From: Azolla caroliniana | Taxonomy: Eukaryota > Plantae > Polypodiophyta | Length of the DNA stretch: 64,000 nucleotides | Direction of reading: 5' to 3' | NCBI GenBank assembly: GCA_043228905.1 | Contig: JBHGNT010000001.1 | Coordinates: forward strand, 7,130,001-7,194,000 | Shown: positions 52,001 to 64,000 of the stretch, one piece after another | Numbering within the stretch: the stretch's first letter is position 1 | Layout of the letters: each line of letters starts with the position of its first letter | Translations under genes and position numbers: made by a program | Notes under the pieces: generated by a model | Databases searched by the model: none | The model's input: the letters and a program-made list of their open reading frames with translations, nothing else | Told to the model about the DNA's origin: nothing

Positions 52001-52377
52001 CTAAATGCTGATGACCGGCCCTAAAGGAAAACAAAGACCAAAGTACTCTTTGAAGAAATAAAGAAAAAATCAGGTCTTTTGAAGCTGGGGTCATCATGAT
52101 CCACCATTTGATCTTCAAGACTGTATTAGGCTCACTCTTGTGAGCCAAGTATATTGGAACTTCTATGAGCTGGCAGTCCCCATTAATGTGTAGAACTGGC
52201 TAATATAATCTTCTTTTTACAGTGTGTGAGGAGGTGAAATTTGGCATTCCACGACAAGCGTGGTTGATGGGTCTTCTTGGAGCAGCAGCAGTATTGATGG
52301 CAGCACTAGCTGTAATGTTACTCCCACCACACTTGCTCCCAAGGAAATCAAATGACCAAACCAAGAAACCTACTTAG
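49035..52377 (+). CDS. Conserved plant type-I membrane protein (207 aa; signal peptide, C-terminal TM, KKxx), possibly Pga1-like
   Basis: Phase-compatible exons 49035-49135, 49223-49361, 51283-51405, 51492-51597, 52223-52377; YEVKISYPASIPASF, RRLLNTEKL, VEPAG, FNIMCEEVKFGIP; ends KKPT. Confidence 0.88.
50119..50572. repeat. Perfect 227-bp intronic tandem duplication
   Basis: 50119-50345 equals 50346-50572; TTGGT microhomology at the junctions. Confidence 0.95.
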
Positions 52378-53835
52378 AAAAGAAGTCGAGATATATATTT
52401 ACATATTAGGGATGAGTGGCTACATCAAGCTTCGCCTTTGTACAAAAGTTGGTGTCAAAGTGCAGCGCACGAAAGTGAAATGATGTTGCACATGTAAAAA
52501 AAACAATTGAGCTGAAGTAGCGAGTAATTCCTAGTCTTGACAAGTCTTTCTTCCAGAATTGTACACAAGAATATTGATTAACAAAATGTAGCTGCAATGG
52601 TTTGGCTCACCAAAGCAAATAGGGGCCAAAAGCAGCCAAACTTCCTTTCAAATTTGTATGGGATCCAAGATGTTTGTGGAGTTTAGTTCACTCAAATGAT
52701 TTGTGTGGCTGAATAAAGCATGGTTGTATAATGTTTACAAGCTGAAGCATATTGAATATTGATGGTCATAATTGTGTTAAGGATTTCAACAAAATCACAG
52801 TAATCTAGTCTTCATGTTCTTGTACTTAAATGCCTTCATGATAGATGATAATTGATGAGCTTTGCTAATATTAAATGTTATGAGCACGGAGCTTAAGGTG
52901 ACTATTTTTGGTACCCTTGTAATGAGTTTGTGACAATTTTCGGATGATAATGGATGTATCTGCTGCTCTGGGGCTCTGGGACATGTATATTGTTTTGCTA
53001 TCATTACATTTTATATTTACCCAAGGATACAAAAACATAAATTCTAACATTATGTCTTGTTCCTTTTGTCCCTACTATTCAAACCAAAGATTATCCAAAA
53101 GCCGTTTTCTATTATTTGTCTTAGCCAAATGTATATTGTTATGCATACAGTTTTCTTGGAGAGAACACCTCATACATTTGTACTTGAGTTGGTAGCAAAG
53201 ATAATCATTTCATTAGGGTTTATAGCATGCCCTTGAGGAACAAAACTTCCTATAATTGGATTAGAGGTTGATTATTTACAAACCAAGGCATTTTGATTGT
53301 ACACTAATGCTAGATAATGCTTGGGAAAATTTCAGAATTTTGATAAATCCACAAATTTTTCACAGAACATTCGGTTTTTTATGTAAACCCACAATGTTTG
53401 AGAGAACTACTAGTTACTTCAGAATAAAACATGGAGTCTTTCTCTATTGTGCTTAACATCAGAACCATTTCTCAAGTCTCGAAACCAAAACACCAATATT
53501 TTTTAACATAAGAGTCAAGACTGCATCTTTATACAATTGACTTACATGTAAAAATATCAAAAGCCCATCCTACATCTCTTGTATATGTAATAATGTATAG
53601 ACCCACTGCTTTCACAATGTAGTTTAGATCATTGTGTCTCGTTACATAGGATTGATTGCAATGACCCTTACAAAAAATAGCATAATAGAATCCTCGACAT
53701 TTCTACATATAAATAAACATTGTTTGTATTCATGGGATATAATATGCTACATTGATAAAGACAATTTGAGTAGTAACGGTAAATTTGTAATTTACGAGAT
53801 GGGTTAGTATGGTTGTTTAGAATGGTATTGTAGTA

Positions 53836-55955
53836 TCAAAGACCCCTTTTTGTAGGGGTTCTTGGAGATGAGTTTTGGTTGGCCATTGGACCATAATCTT
53901 GGAGGAGGGATCGTCGTCTCCTGAATGGGGGAGGAGCAGCCGTCACCGTGTTAGGGATTGATGCATAATCTCCTTCGTAATCCGTATTAGCCACTAAATC
54001 CTATGAGATAAAAACCAAATGATTATATATGCTAACTTTCTGTGAGACAATTCTTCACGTAAAACGGTTGGAACTTAAACATTCGTAGTTCATTCAACTT
54101 AATAATAATAAATGGTCTTTATTATCGTAAGCATAACATTTTATGCATTATTGCTTTTCAGTTAACTTAAAGTTATCTATACAGAAAATATAAGCTAACC
54201 AAATGACAAATGTTTCACATCAGCACAATATTATCATGTCATAATGCAAAGCGGTTTTCCTAATCACAATCAAAGACTTTATGTACAAATTGATGACTTT
54301 ATGCTAATCGTAACCATGTAATAGTGCAAAGAATTACCTAAGATAAGATTGAGTTTGTGTATTGACCACATATTACTGAGATATTGCATAAGTTTAACCA
54401 CTTCAAGTTAGACATGGGGAAAAAACCCTATATGGTGCGGAAAATGAGATTTAAACCATCCTAGAAATGGTTGCAAAGATCCATGTGGACAAAAAGTCAA
54501 AAGAAAGCATTTTTGGGGGAGATCACCCTACCTAAAAAGGGTAAGTTTTTTCTAGTGATTCCTACTGAATGACACGAATTTTCTAACCTTTCTAATTTAT
54601 AGTAGAGTTTCAATCCTTTCTACTAAGTTGTGTTCACCTGATGTGAACAAATACATGAAGACCTTGTTTTTCTAGCCTTTTGCAAGTTAGGCAACAGAAA
54701 GATTGAGTTTCTAATCATTCCTCACAATTGGTTTTTAAGCAAGCATTGCAAGCAGACGATATAATATCTCTTATTAGAAACACTTAGGTGTTTTGTAAAC
54801 TCAGGTTAGGGAGGCATCTGTCTCACTACACAAGGTAGCTTGGCTCCTCCTCCCATTTCAATCTTAGAAGATGACTAAATGTCAGTTGACATATTTCTTC
54901 TTCTGCTGTCTTGTTTTGTTTTTTGAGCTGAGGTTAAGAAGTGTGTATCATTCATCATGCAGATTAGTTTGATCTTCTGACTATCCACTGATGTTGGATG
55001 ACTAAATATTATAGAACATATATGTCCCACTATGCACAATATGTATAGTATGGTAATTCTTCTTCTAACCAAGCTTACGAAGCATCGATCGTCTCTCCGG
55101 CCAAGTACTCTGGTTTGTTAGTTTGTTCTCCAAACTTTTTAAACTTGGCCATATGTTACACCATGCCCAAAAAGTTCCACAGAACCAATCAAAACGCATA
55201 CACTTTAAACCCTAGACTTATGGATTGGCCTAACTTGATCAATTGCTAAGCTTATAAATTCGGTGCGCAGCATGGACTGAAACATCTAAATTGGAGATGG
55301 TGATTTCCAGGGGCCCAAAACACTTTTATGTGTGGACAGTGACAGCAAAAACCAGATTGACCAGCACCCTCAAAAGTACATTGGTTATATAAAATTGGGA
55401 TGTTTGCTTAGCACATCCTTCAATTCACACGTGAGAGCGAATTAGCAGATTGATTTAGTATGGTAGGATGTACAAATGGCCATACATTTACTCACATCAC
55501 CAATCACCTTGCATTAAATAGAATAGCGTAAATACGTTAATCAGATGCAAAGTTACCCTCTTAGAGATCACGCCCTTCCACTTCATGTATAATTCCTCGT
55601 GGTGATCATGAGCTGCCATATTAAGTTGCTGGTGATGATGGTGATCCTCTACTGTCCAGAAACGGGCAAAAAACAAAACAAAAGAAAAACAGGGTGAATT
55701 TGTATCGATCATCTTTAAGGCAATGGAGCAATCAAAAACACTTAAATATGAAGGATAAGGGATGGTGGTGTTTTGGACAAAAAGGATCACGAGGAAGCGA
55801 CTGATGGATCTTATCTCATCGTATAAAACCCTAATTTTGATGAGGGGAGAGGAAGGAGAAGGATTAAGATGTTTACCATGAGCAAAGGAGAGGGGGAGTA
55901 GGATAGAGAAGGCGAGGGCATGGAGGCAGAGTAGGCGAAGGTGAACAGACCACAT
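53836..55955 (-). CDS. Small secreted peptide precursor (112 aa), PSY-like with two DY peptide modules
   Basis: Exons 55955-55877, 55651-55557 and 54000-53836, GT-AG and phase-compatible; signal peptide; KRDLVANTDYEGDYASIPN..PPP and RRRRSLLQDYGPMANQNSSP. Confidence 0.78.
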
Positions 55956-56174
55956 CTCCTCCTCCTCTTCTTCTTCGTGCGCAAAACTAAGGTACTCTGA
56001 GAGAAAGAAAAACAGGGGTGGGAACAGGGGAAGGTAGAAGAGGCAGAAAAACAGGGGAAGGTAGAAGAGGGTCGCTTTAGTTCTTCTGTTGTTCGGCTTT
56101 GGGTTGAAGAAGAAGACAATGAATAAATGAATGAATTGACAAATAAATAGAAAAGGCAGGAAAGAAAAGAAGAA

Positions 56175-56179
<5 letters not shown>

Positions 56180-56208
<29 letters not shown>
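56180..56208. repeat. (CT)n microsatellite upstream of the peptide gene
   Basis: Direct reading. Confidence 0.9.
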
Positions 56209-56213
<5 letters not shown>

Positions 56214-59200
56214 CTTGGTCTCAAGTCAAAAGGTAAGAAGGGATGGATTCTTAATTTCTTACACTAACATTACAAATTACAATCATCTATGTATGTTCCA
56301 TTCCTGTTCACACTTACCGTCCAACTGACTAGCGGTTTACCACGTCATTCGTGAGCGCACGCGTCCACATCCACACACATTGGTCTCATGAGAATGCCTC
56401 CGAGACATTCTCCATCGGCAGCTCATGAATTGCTCTGCTCGGGCTTTTGTTCATGGTAGGCGTCCCCACCGTAGTGAAGTCAATGGTCTGCATACTTCTT
56501 CTTCTTTTTTGTCGAGCTTGCCTATTTGTCTGTCTCTAAATTGACCGAGGTTTACGCTTAGGTATGTATATATCCGGATCGTAGCACATGCTCTCACTTT
56601 TAACACACACACACAAAGTTGTCCTTTAGCACCATTTTCGAACCTTTTATGCCTTGATTCTCACAATGCATGCGTGGAATCGATCATGTTCAATGTGTCA
56701 AGCTATAATAGGCAGAAGAAAACAATTCGTGTGCCGAATGTCATGATGAAGGATCACCAATAATGATGTAATGCCATTATAAATACTAAACATATTGATA
56801 CAACTTTCTTCGAGTTGTTTTAATGAATTAGCAAACCGTAGCCATTCAAGTATTGCCTATCATCCAATGTACTTTATTCCACGCAAGCAATGTAAGTTGG
56901 CAAGATTTTGACATTTGATCATTGATATGTGACCAATACCGCTCAGAAGTTACTAACACCAAATTGGGGCTTGGCACCATTATGGAATGATGAGCAATTT
57001 TTTTGACATTGTGAGATAACTTACCAAACAAAAGGTCAAACAATTGAGAGTTATCAACAAGAATATGAATTATCAATATTGTGAAATGAAACACGAAGGG
57101 ACAAGTACATTGCCGTCAACATTGAAAGAAACAAGATACTCGTGTGCAAAGCATCTCTTTTCTAGAAATGAGTCATAAATTGTATGCCTCAACATCAATA
57201 TATGGTCAGCAGTAATAAATCCTCATGATAATGGAAGAAAGAAAAACTATATGTGATGATGGTTGGTGTGTAAGATGGCGGAGAATGATTCACGGTCGTT
57301 GTTTTGATATAATAAATTAATAATAAGTTATAAGACCATTAATTACACCCTCCACAAACAATTACTTACACCTTATGTTTCTTCAATACATATTATTCAT
57401 AAACTAATGAAGCAAGAAAAAGTATCTTGCTCCCCAAAGGTTGATGTTCTACACCTACTTGTGTTGGTATATTTTATTTTCTTTAGGAACTTGCACAAAA
57501 CATAAACCAAAAGGCCTTGGCTTATTAAAGCGTGACTTCAAATTATATCTTGAATACATGTATCCATGCCTTGACTTCAGATTGGCGACTATAATACTCT
57601 AATTTGCGGCCGAAAATGACCTGGAACCAAAACACTCGAGCATTGTTGATGTATATACTTTTCAATTACTTACATTGATATAGTTCGATACCCATTCATT
57701 TGACATTTGAAAAAAGTTTTGTAAAGTGTTTCGCATGCTTTTTCATATTTCCCATTCATGCTTTGACCTTATTATCATAACTTGGGGTGATTCAACATCT
57801 CGAGATAGAGGAATCTTTTTTTAAAAATATTGTGATTATAGACTTATTGCGGTTCATTCTTTTTATGAGCATGAGTCATATTGCTACTTTGCACAGACAT
57901 AAGTTGTGATCTATTAGAAAATGCACTATTATCGATGCAAAAAATATACACATGTTATACCTTCTCCCTAAACCTTAGTTAGATTAAAATGAGCACCAAA
58001 AAATCTATACATGGGATCTCAAATCCTCATTCTTGGATGACGTAGCAAGAAGATTCTTGCTTTTCACTCAAGGTTTTTTATATCACATTTATATGTTCTC
58101 CAACAACCCTTATAAAGGTATTCCTACTAATCAATATCCATAGGCAATGACTTCATTTCCATTCCACACTTGTATCACAACAATACCCAAAAAGGCATCC
58201 CACAACTCGACTCCTTGAGTATAATTGTGCACCAGCCCCTAACCATTTTTAAATCATACTCTAGTGAAGCTCGCAATACTTAGATGGATAACTATTTTCT
58301 AAAGGTTTGATGCTCTTCCATATATTTCTAGTGTTTCATTCTCACTAGGTTCACATTCCAATGTTGGCATTCATCAAGTTCACACGAGTCCATACATGTT
58401 CATTCAAACATCATACCCACCAAATGACAAGTGAGTTTGAACAAATAATTTCACTTCAAGTGTCAAAAACTTAAATTATTGTACAATCTCACCACACAAC
58501 TAAGGCATTAATAGCTAGATATCATTCAAGATGTTTGGTCATTCGCATGTTGTAACATATTAAAGTGGCCAAACTATATATATTTTATCTATGTGCACAC
58601 AAAAAATTTGCATTTTGAAGGCACTAAAGGTTTGGTTCCCATGCTTGTAGAATCAGCCTATTGATATCATGTTTCACAAATCACACAACTTGTCATGAGG
58701 ATATTGGCACCAAGGATGCACATCTATGTGTGACATGAGAAGACACGAGACGAAAAGATAAAATCTAAAACCTTGTGTACACACGTCGTAATGACATAAT
58801 TGCTTTCAGACATCTCCAAAATCCATTCCTCAAGTTGATGTTCAACAATATTTGCCTAGTTGTTTAGCTATCCAATATCTCGCCATAAATGTGTGATAGT
58901 TGAGCCAACTTCTCTCCCCCCTTTTTACTAGCATATTGGCTCAATTATCTTGCCAATCTTGAGGAAAGCTTTCTATTATTTCCTTATCAACTAATGCATA
59001 CACTCGGTATAGAGCTATTGGGCTCATCCGTTTTAAGATTTATGAGCATATATGAAGTGTATCTACTTAAAACCTTATGAGTTCAAGTGGATTCACACTT
59101 TTCAATTGCCTTCACATATGATTGAAAACTTCCACTTGCATTGAAATTAACGAGGTGATGAAACACATGAAGGAACTCCTAGTTATAGGCCAAAAACCAT

Positions 59201-60814
59201 GGGCTTTCTTCCTACAATTTTTATAATTCTAGTTTTTAAGTAAGGTTGTTCAGAGAGACCAAACAGTCGCAATTCATAATGACGTCTAGAAATGAATGCG
59301 ACTACTTGATATTTCAATTGAATTGGACATATATCAAAACCAAGAAAACCATGCACTTGAAGTTGAAGCTAATGAGAATCAAAGAGAGTTGATTAGAACA
59401 AGATTGATTAGAGAAGAACCAAAGTGGCAGAGGGAGGTTGATTAGAAGATGAGGAACCAAACATGAAGGAGGGGATGGGGTTGAGGCTTTAGACCAAAAT
59501 CTGAATACATATCCAAGGAGCAAATGAGAACGTTCACCTGCTCCAGTTCCTCAAGCTCTTGCCACATCCATTGCTCTTACTCCTACTCCAATCATTAGAG
59601 CATTTGGAAGAAGAGGAGAACTATGAAACTACATCCATTACATACATACATACATACATTACTTACATCCATTACATACGTTCGTGTCTATTATATACCA
59701 AATCATATATAGGGTTGGGGAGGGAATCACGGCCACGGACAGTGCAGGTTGCTCAAAGGAAGGCGCGCGAGATCTGCACCATCCGATTTGGATAAGAAAG
59801 AACGCGTGAAAAAAAATCTGTCAAAGGTCACCCAACTCTGAGTCCTTGGTTGCCCAACCCTAACTGTTGTAGGTCGCCCAATTGCCCAACTATTTTAGAA
59901 CAATAATGATTACTTAAAAGTAATACTAAAAGGTAATGGTTTAGTGGTTAGAGTTATTCTTTCTACTTAATAAGTGCAAGGTTCAAATATCTTTTCCTCT
60001 CTTATTGAGAAGAGGGTTTATAGTGCTTATTGGTCAATTTTGGGGTCATTTAGGTTTTCTTCTTCTTCAACTTCTTTCTTTTTTAGGGTTTCCACATCTG
60101 GTTTGGGGATTTTAGCAAGTAGCAATTGATTCTTGCATGTATATTAATGTATTCCTCCTGTCAACGAGGAAGAGATTAATATATGATTTGATTCAATATG
60201 TGAAGCTTATCGATTAATATATGTGCTACATATTAATCACACTAAATATTGGCAATACAACATTTCTATCTAGTGCACCTTTTCCTTAGATTATATAGTT
60301 TGCAACAAAATTACGAATGGAAAACCAACTCACTATAATAATGAAATATGTTTCAAATCAAACCACCATTACACCTAAGGTCCAAATAATGTTTCAAAAA
60401 AACAATAATTCATTAGACTAAAGGAAAATAATGGAAACAATTCTACATTAGGGTTTAGGGTTTAGGAAAGCAATGGAAACAATTCTAACTTATTTCACTT
60501 AGCAGAATATGTTACTAAACCCCAAAATGCTTTCTTCTTTTCATATTTCATCTATCTAGTCTATATTGTACCTCTTGTTACATGCAAATGAACACAAATT
60601 CAACTATGACATACTTCAAGCATAAAACATAAAACATAAATCGACATATGACATACTTGGAACATAAAACGTAAAACATAAATCAACACATGACATACTT
60701 GAAATGCCAAACTTAAAACATAAATCAACATATGACATCCTTTTAATAGAAATCCACTTTAAACATCAAACCAAAATGCACTGGTCTGCAAAACCACTCA
60801 ATGACAAGCTATGT

Positions 60815-61938
60815 TTATGGCTCATCCGGAGATGATGGCAAGATGTGACCACAATTCTTGCAACAACCAGCATTTGAGTCTGTTGATCTAAATGTCAAGG
60901 CATCGCAATGCAAGCATCGAATCTTCTCTGTCGCACATATTGGCAACTGCCTCCTAGCTCGACTTGCACCTCTTTGCATTTTTCGGGTGTGTGCCAATAA
61001 GATCTTGTGAAATGTTGTCTGATGCGCCTCTCTTCGCACCAATCGCTTGCTTCTGCCTTATGGATCCACCGTCTTCTCGATTGGTTGGTTTCAGTGCACC
61101 AACGTGATATCCATCCTTGTAAAAACTCCTCGACCAACATTTGTATAGTTTTCATCACGTAAAAGCCACAATCCCAACCATTTGGCCGAGTTGGGATGTG
61201 CAATTCGTGATATCGACCCTCAAACACAATGGCGCGGTCTAACAGTTCACTAGAAATGACCCGAATCGCGATCTCTGCAAGACTCCGCATGTTGCTAGTT
61301 GCCACGTTGTGTAGTAGATCGCAAAAGACTACTTTGCTGGTAAGCTTAGAAACTTTGTGCCACATCTTTGTCCACAACACCCAATGACCCTGAACCACGA
61401 TCGGAATGAAGATGAAATCACGCTCATCCACCTTCCCAAGGATGTCTTGCTCCTTCGTCGTTTGCTTGTGTAGTTGCACCCATAGTGGGTCGACTACGGT
61501 GAATCGTTCTGTCACCTTAGGTGGTAGTGAGTACTCCATCCATATGGTGAATAATGTCATCATCCATGTGGATACCATTTCTCCATCCTTGCACATTGTC
61601 TCAAGTTCTGACTCTATAACGTCAACGGCCATATCGAGTCGTGCACAGGTAAGTTGGTACATGTATGCATAGAAACATGCATGCATCATGGATCTCTCCA
61701 CACGTAATGTCGATTAGTAGGATACAATTTGACAAACACAAATAAACAACTTGAAAAAATGTTTGTCTGGTGTTTGGATCCATGTTTTGACGGCCTTGGC
61801 ATGCTCAATTTGTATCGTGGCCACATCCCATGCAACGTCATCTGAATCTAATGTTATGGGGACAACATTAATGTTTGACTCGACCTCCTTCTGTCTAACT
61901 TGCATTTTCGGCGGTCTCCGTCTTAGTGGCGTGGACAC
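60815..61938 (-). pseudogene. Ulp1/peptidase C48 domain followed by a CxxC..CxxC zinc ribbon, transposon cargo
   Basis: FIFIPIVVQGHWVL, FCDL, PTRPNGWDCGFYVM (His/Asp/Cys triad; oxyanion Gln replaced); CLHC..CKNC lies in a shifted frame; probably spliced. Confidence 0.8.
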
Positions 61939-63599
61939 ATCAGATGGGTTTAAGCTTCACCCACATCAGTGGATACACCACCCTCTTTGATAGATATCCT
62001 CGCCTTTTTACATTGTTTCAGCACAATAAGACACGTGTTATTATCTAAATTCTACCAATAAACCCTCCAACACATATCAAGAATGAAATCCTTGCACATA
62101 CTTACATAAGAATCCAAACCAGATGCAATCTTCTTCTTCAACATCTCCAACCGCTCATCCTTTCTGGAGTCGTACATTGCCATCTTGTGCTCCGTAAATT
62201 GTGCCATAAACTCTGCCTCAGTGTAAGATTGTATGTAAGTCGGAGTTCAATAGAAATAGAGTTGAACCTTGAAACAACCCTAACCTTCAACGTTTGTATG
62301 TAAGATTGTCGATTTCTATGGTACTTGATTCCGGGGTCCATGAATCTTTTGAGTGATCTCTGACACTCATAGCTATTGAAGCATGCCCCCGGAGTACCCT
62401 CCTCCTCTCTATCCGCATCCCTCATGATAGAACTATGCTAATTCCATGTGCCCTGCGTAAATGTGTTTCCATGTCGCATTTTTGTGATGCCACCTTGGTG
62501 AGAGGCGACAATACTCAGTCACGATACATGCATGGGCCTTGTTCCCATTTGCATTTCTTCCAACCTTATACAACGAATCTAAAGCTAGGAGCATTTGTTG
62601 TTTATGTATGTGTTAGATACGCCAAACCATCTGTTACATAAAGATTGACATAATACAATGAGACCAAATCCACATACCATTTGGAGGAGCATCTTCATCG
62701 AATGATGCCATGGCATGTAAGGGCTCAATCTGAGGATGATGAACCACTAGAGCCTGATCCATGTTCTCCCCACCCTTATACATGTCAGCTATGCAACTTC
62801 TGGGCCAATGTCTTCTAACGAAAACCCTTTAACAAATCATCAGTCAACATACACCTCTCTTGAGTTGGATATATGTCACTATTATCAGAATCCCACCACT
62901 CTTTGTACTTGGACCTGGTAGCCATCTACCACTATTCAAGGAAAAGAAAACATATAGAAATGACGCAAAATTTTGTAAATAAGTAATCATCCATAAACAA
63001 TTAATAATCAATAAGTCTTTGCAAGTCTATTCAATGATCAATAACCTAAACATGTTCTAAACCATCACACCTTCTTCCTAACATTCCTTAAATCTCAAGC
63101 CATTATCATAATATCAACCAAACTCTTGTCCCAAACCCTAATCCCTTGGTATAAAAACCATTAACATTCTAATATCAAGCATAAAAATCATAATATCAAC
63201 CGTAAACCATTAATAAGCAATATTAAGCTAATATCATAATATCATTAATAATCAATATCATGTTAATATCAACACACTCCAACTGTAAACCATTAAGATT
63301 CTAAGATCACATATCAATAAACTAACAGTTTCTGAGAATAAACTTATTCACTGTACCAACCAAACCCTAAACAGTTTCTACAATCATACTATCACGCTAA
63401 ACCCTAAATCTTCTCCCTATCTTTCTAATATCAAGCCATAATACACATTAAAATCCTAATATCAACCAAAGCCTTCTCCCAAACCCTAATACCTCGACTT
63501 GAAAAGGCCAAGCACATAAAAAAAAAAATCAGAAAATGTAGACACAAACACAAACACATAGATGGGAAATAGTAGGGCACCGATCGCAGAAGTGATTGT

Positions 63600-63830
63600 T
63601 GGGGGTTGGGCGACCACATTTAAACTTGGTTGGGTGACCAAACTTGAATGGCAGGTTGGGCGACCAAACTTAAATGGCAGGTTGGGCAACCACATTTTAA
63701 CTTGGTTGGGCCACCACATATGTTACAGAGGTTGGGTGACCACTTTAGTTAGGTTGGGCAACCACAATAGGTAGGTTGGGCAACCAGAATATGTAGGTTG
63801 GGTGACCACAATAGGTAGTTGGGGCGACCT
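63600..63830. repeat. Subterminal array of about 10 GGTTGGG(C/T)(A/G)ACCA motifs
   Basis: Direct reading; inverted copies at 59828-59890. Confidence 0.9.
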
Positions 63831-64000
63831 CTGACAACATTTTTGGTCGCGTGTTTTATTATTATCCAAATCAGACGGTGCAGATCGCACCTGCACCGTC
63901 CATGGCCGCGATTCCCTCAGCCAGCCCTATTAATGATTTGTGTCATAATAGACACACGTCGATTACACACATCCATCCATCCATCCATCCATACGTACAT

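Larger units (their letters stand above)
59678..63959. mobile_element. About 4.3-kb DNA transposon with long imperfect TIRs (Mutator-like, superfamily uncertain)
   Basis: GTGTCTATTAT..CAAATCAT..TAGGG..GAGGGAATC.CGGCCA.GGAC.GTGCAGGT..GATCTGCACC..GATTTGGATAA is inverted at both ends (about 120-130 bp); subterminal GGTTGGGCAACC repeats; no clear TSD. Confidence 0.82.

Noticed and set aside
55497-55955. Unspliced 152-aa ORF as the real product
   Set aside because: The middle 225 nt has GT-AG ends and a pyrimidine tract; the spliced 3-exon model gives a more coherent precursor
60448-63490. TTAGGGT/AAACCCTAA telomere-like motifs
   Set aside because: Only isolated or 2-3 copy telobox-like motifs, common in plant DNA; not an interstitial telomere

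Overview
Eukaryotic, land-plant nuclear DNA; the retroelement types and intron style suggest a seed-free plant such as a fern (inference). Bases 1-16139 are a nested retrotransposon block. A Ty1/Copia element carries an Athila/Tat-type Ty3/Gypsy in its integrase and a young, near-intact, fungal-like Ty3/Gypsy in its 3' LTR (793-bp LTRs, 4-bp TSD, tRNA-Trp PBS, -1 frameshift after the protease). The first Gypsy itself carries a 383-bp TG..CA palindromic insert with tRNA-like A/B boxes, a perfect heat-shock element and a TATA box. The rest is AT-rich gene space with five host genes: a DUF740/OCTOPUS-like gene with an internal peptide repeat, an oversized SIAMESE-RELATED CDK inhibitor, a two-Tudor-domain gene, a divergent ER type-I membrane protein gene, and a 3-exon secreted precursor with two PSY-like sulfotyrosine peptide modules that the ORF track misses. 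A hAT MITE, LINE fragments, tandem duplications and a 4.3-kb long-TIR transposon carrying a Ulp1 protease domain are also present. All alignments and gene models were read by eye; no searches were run.
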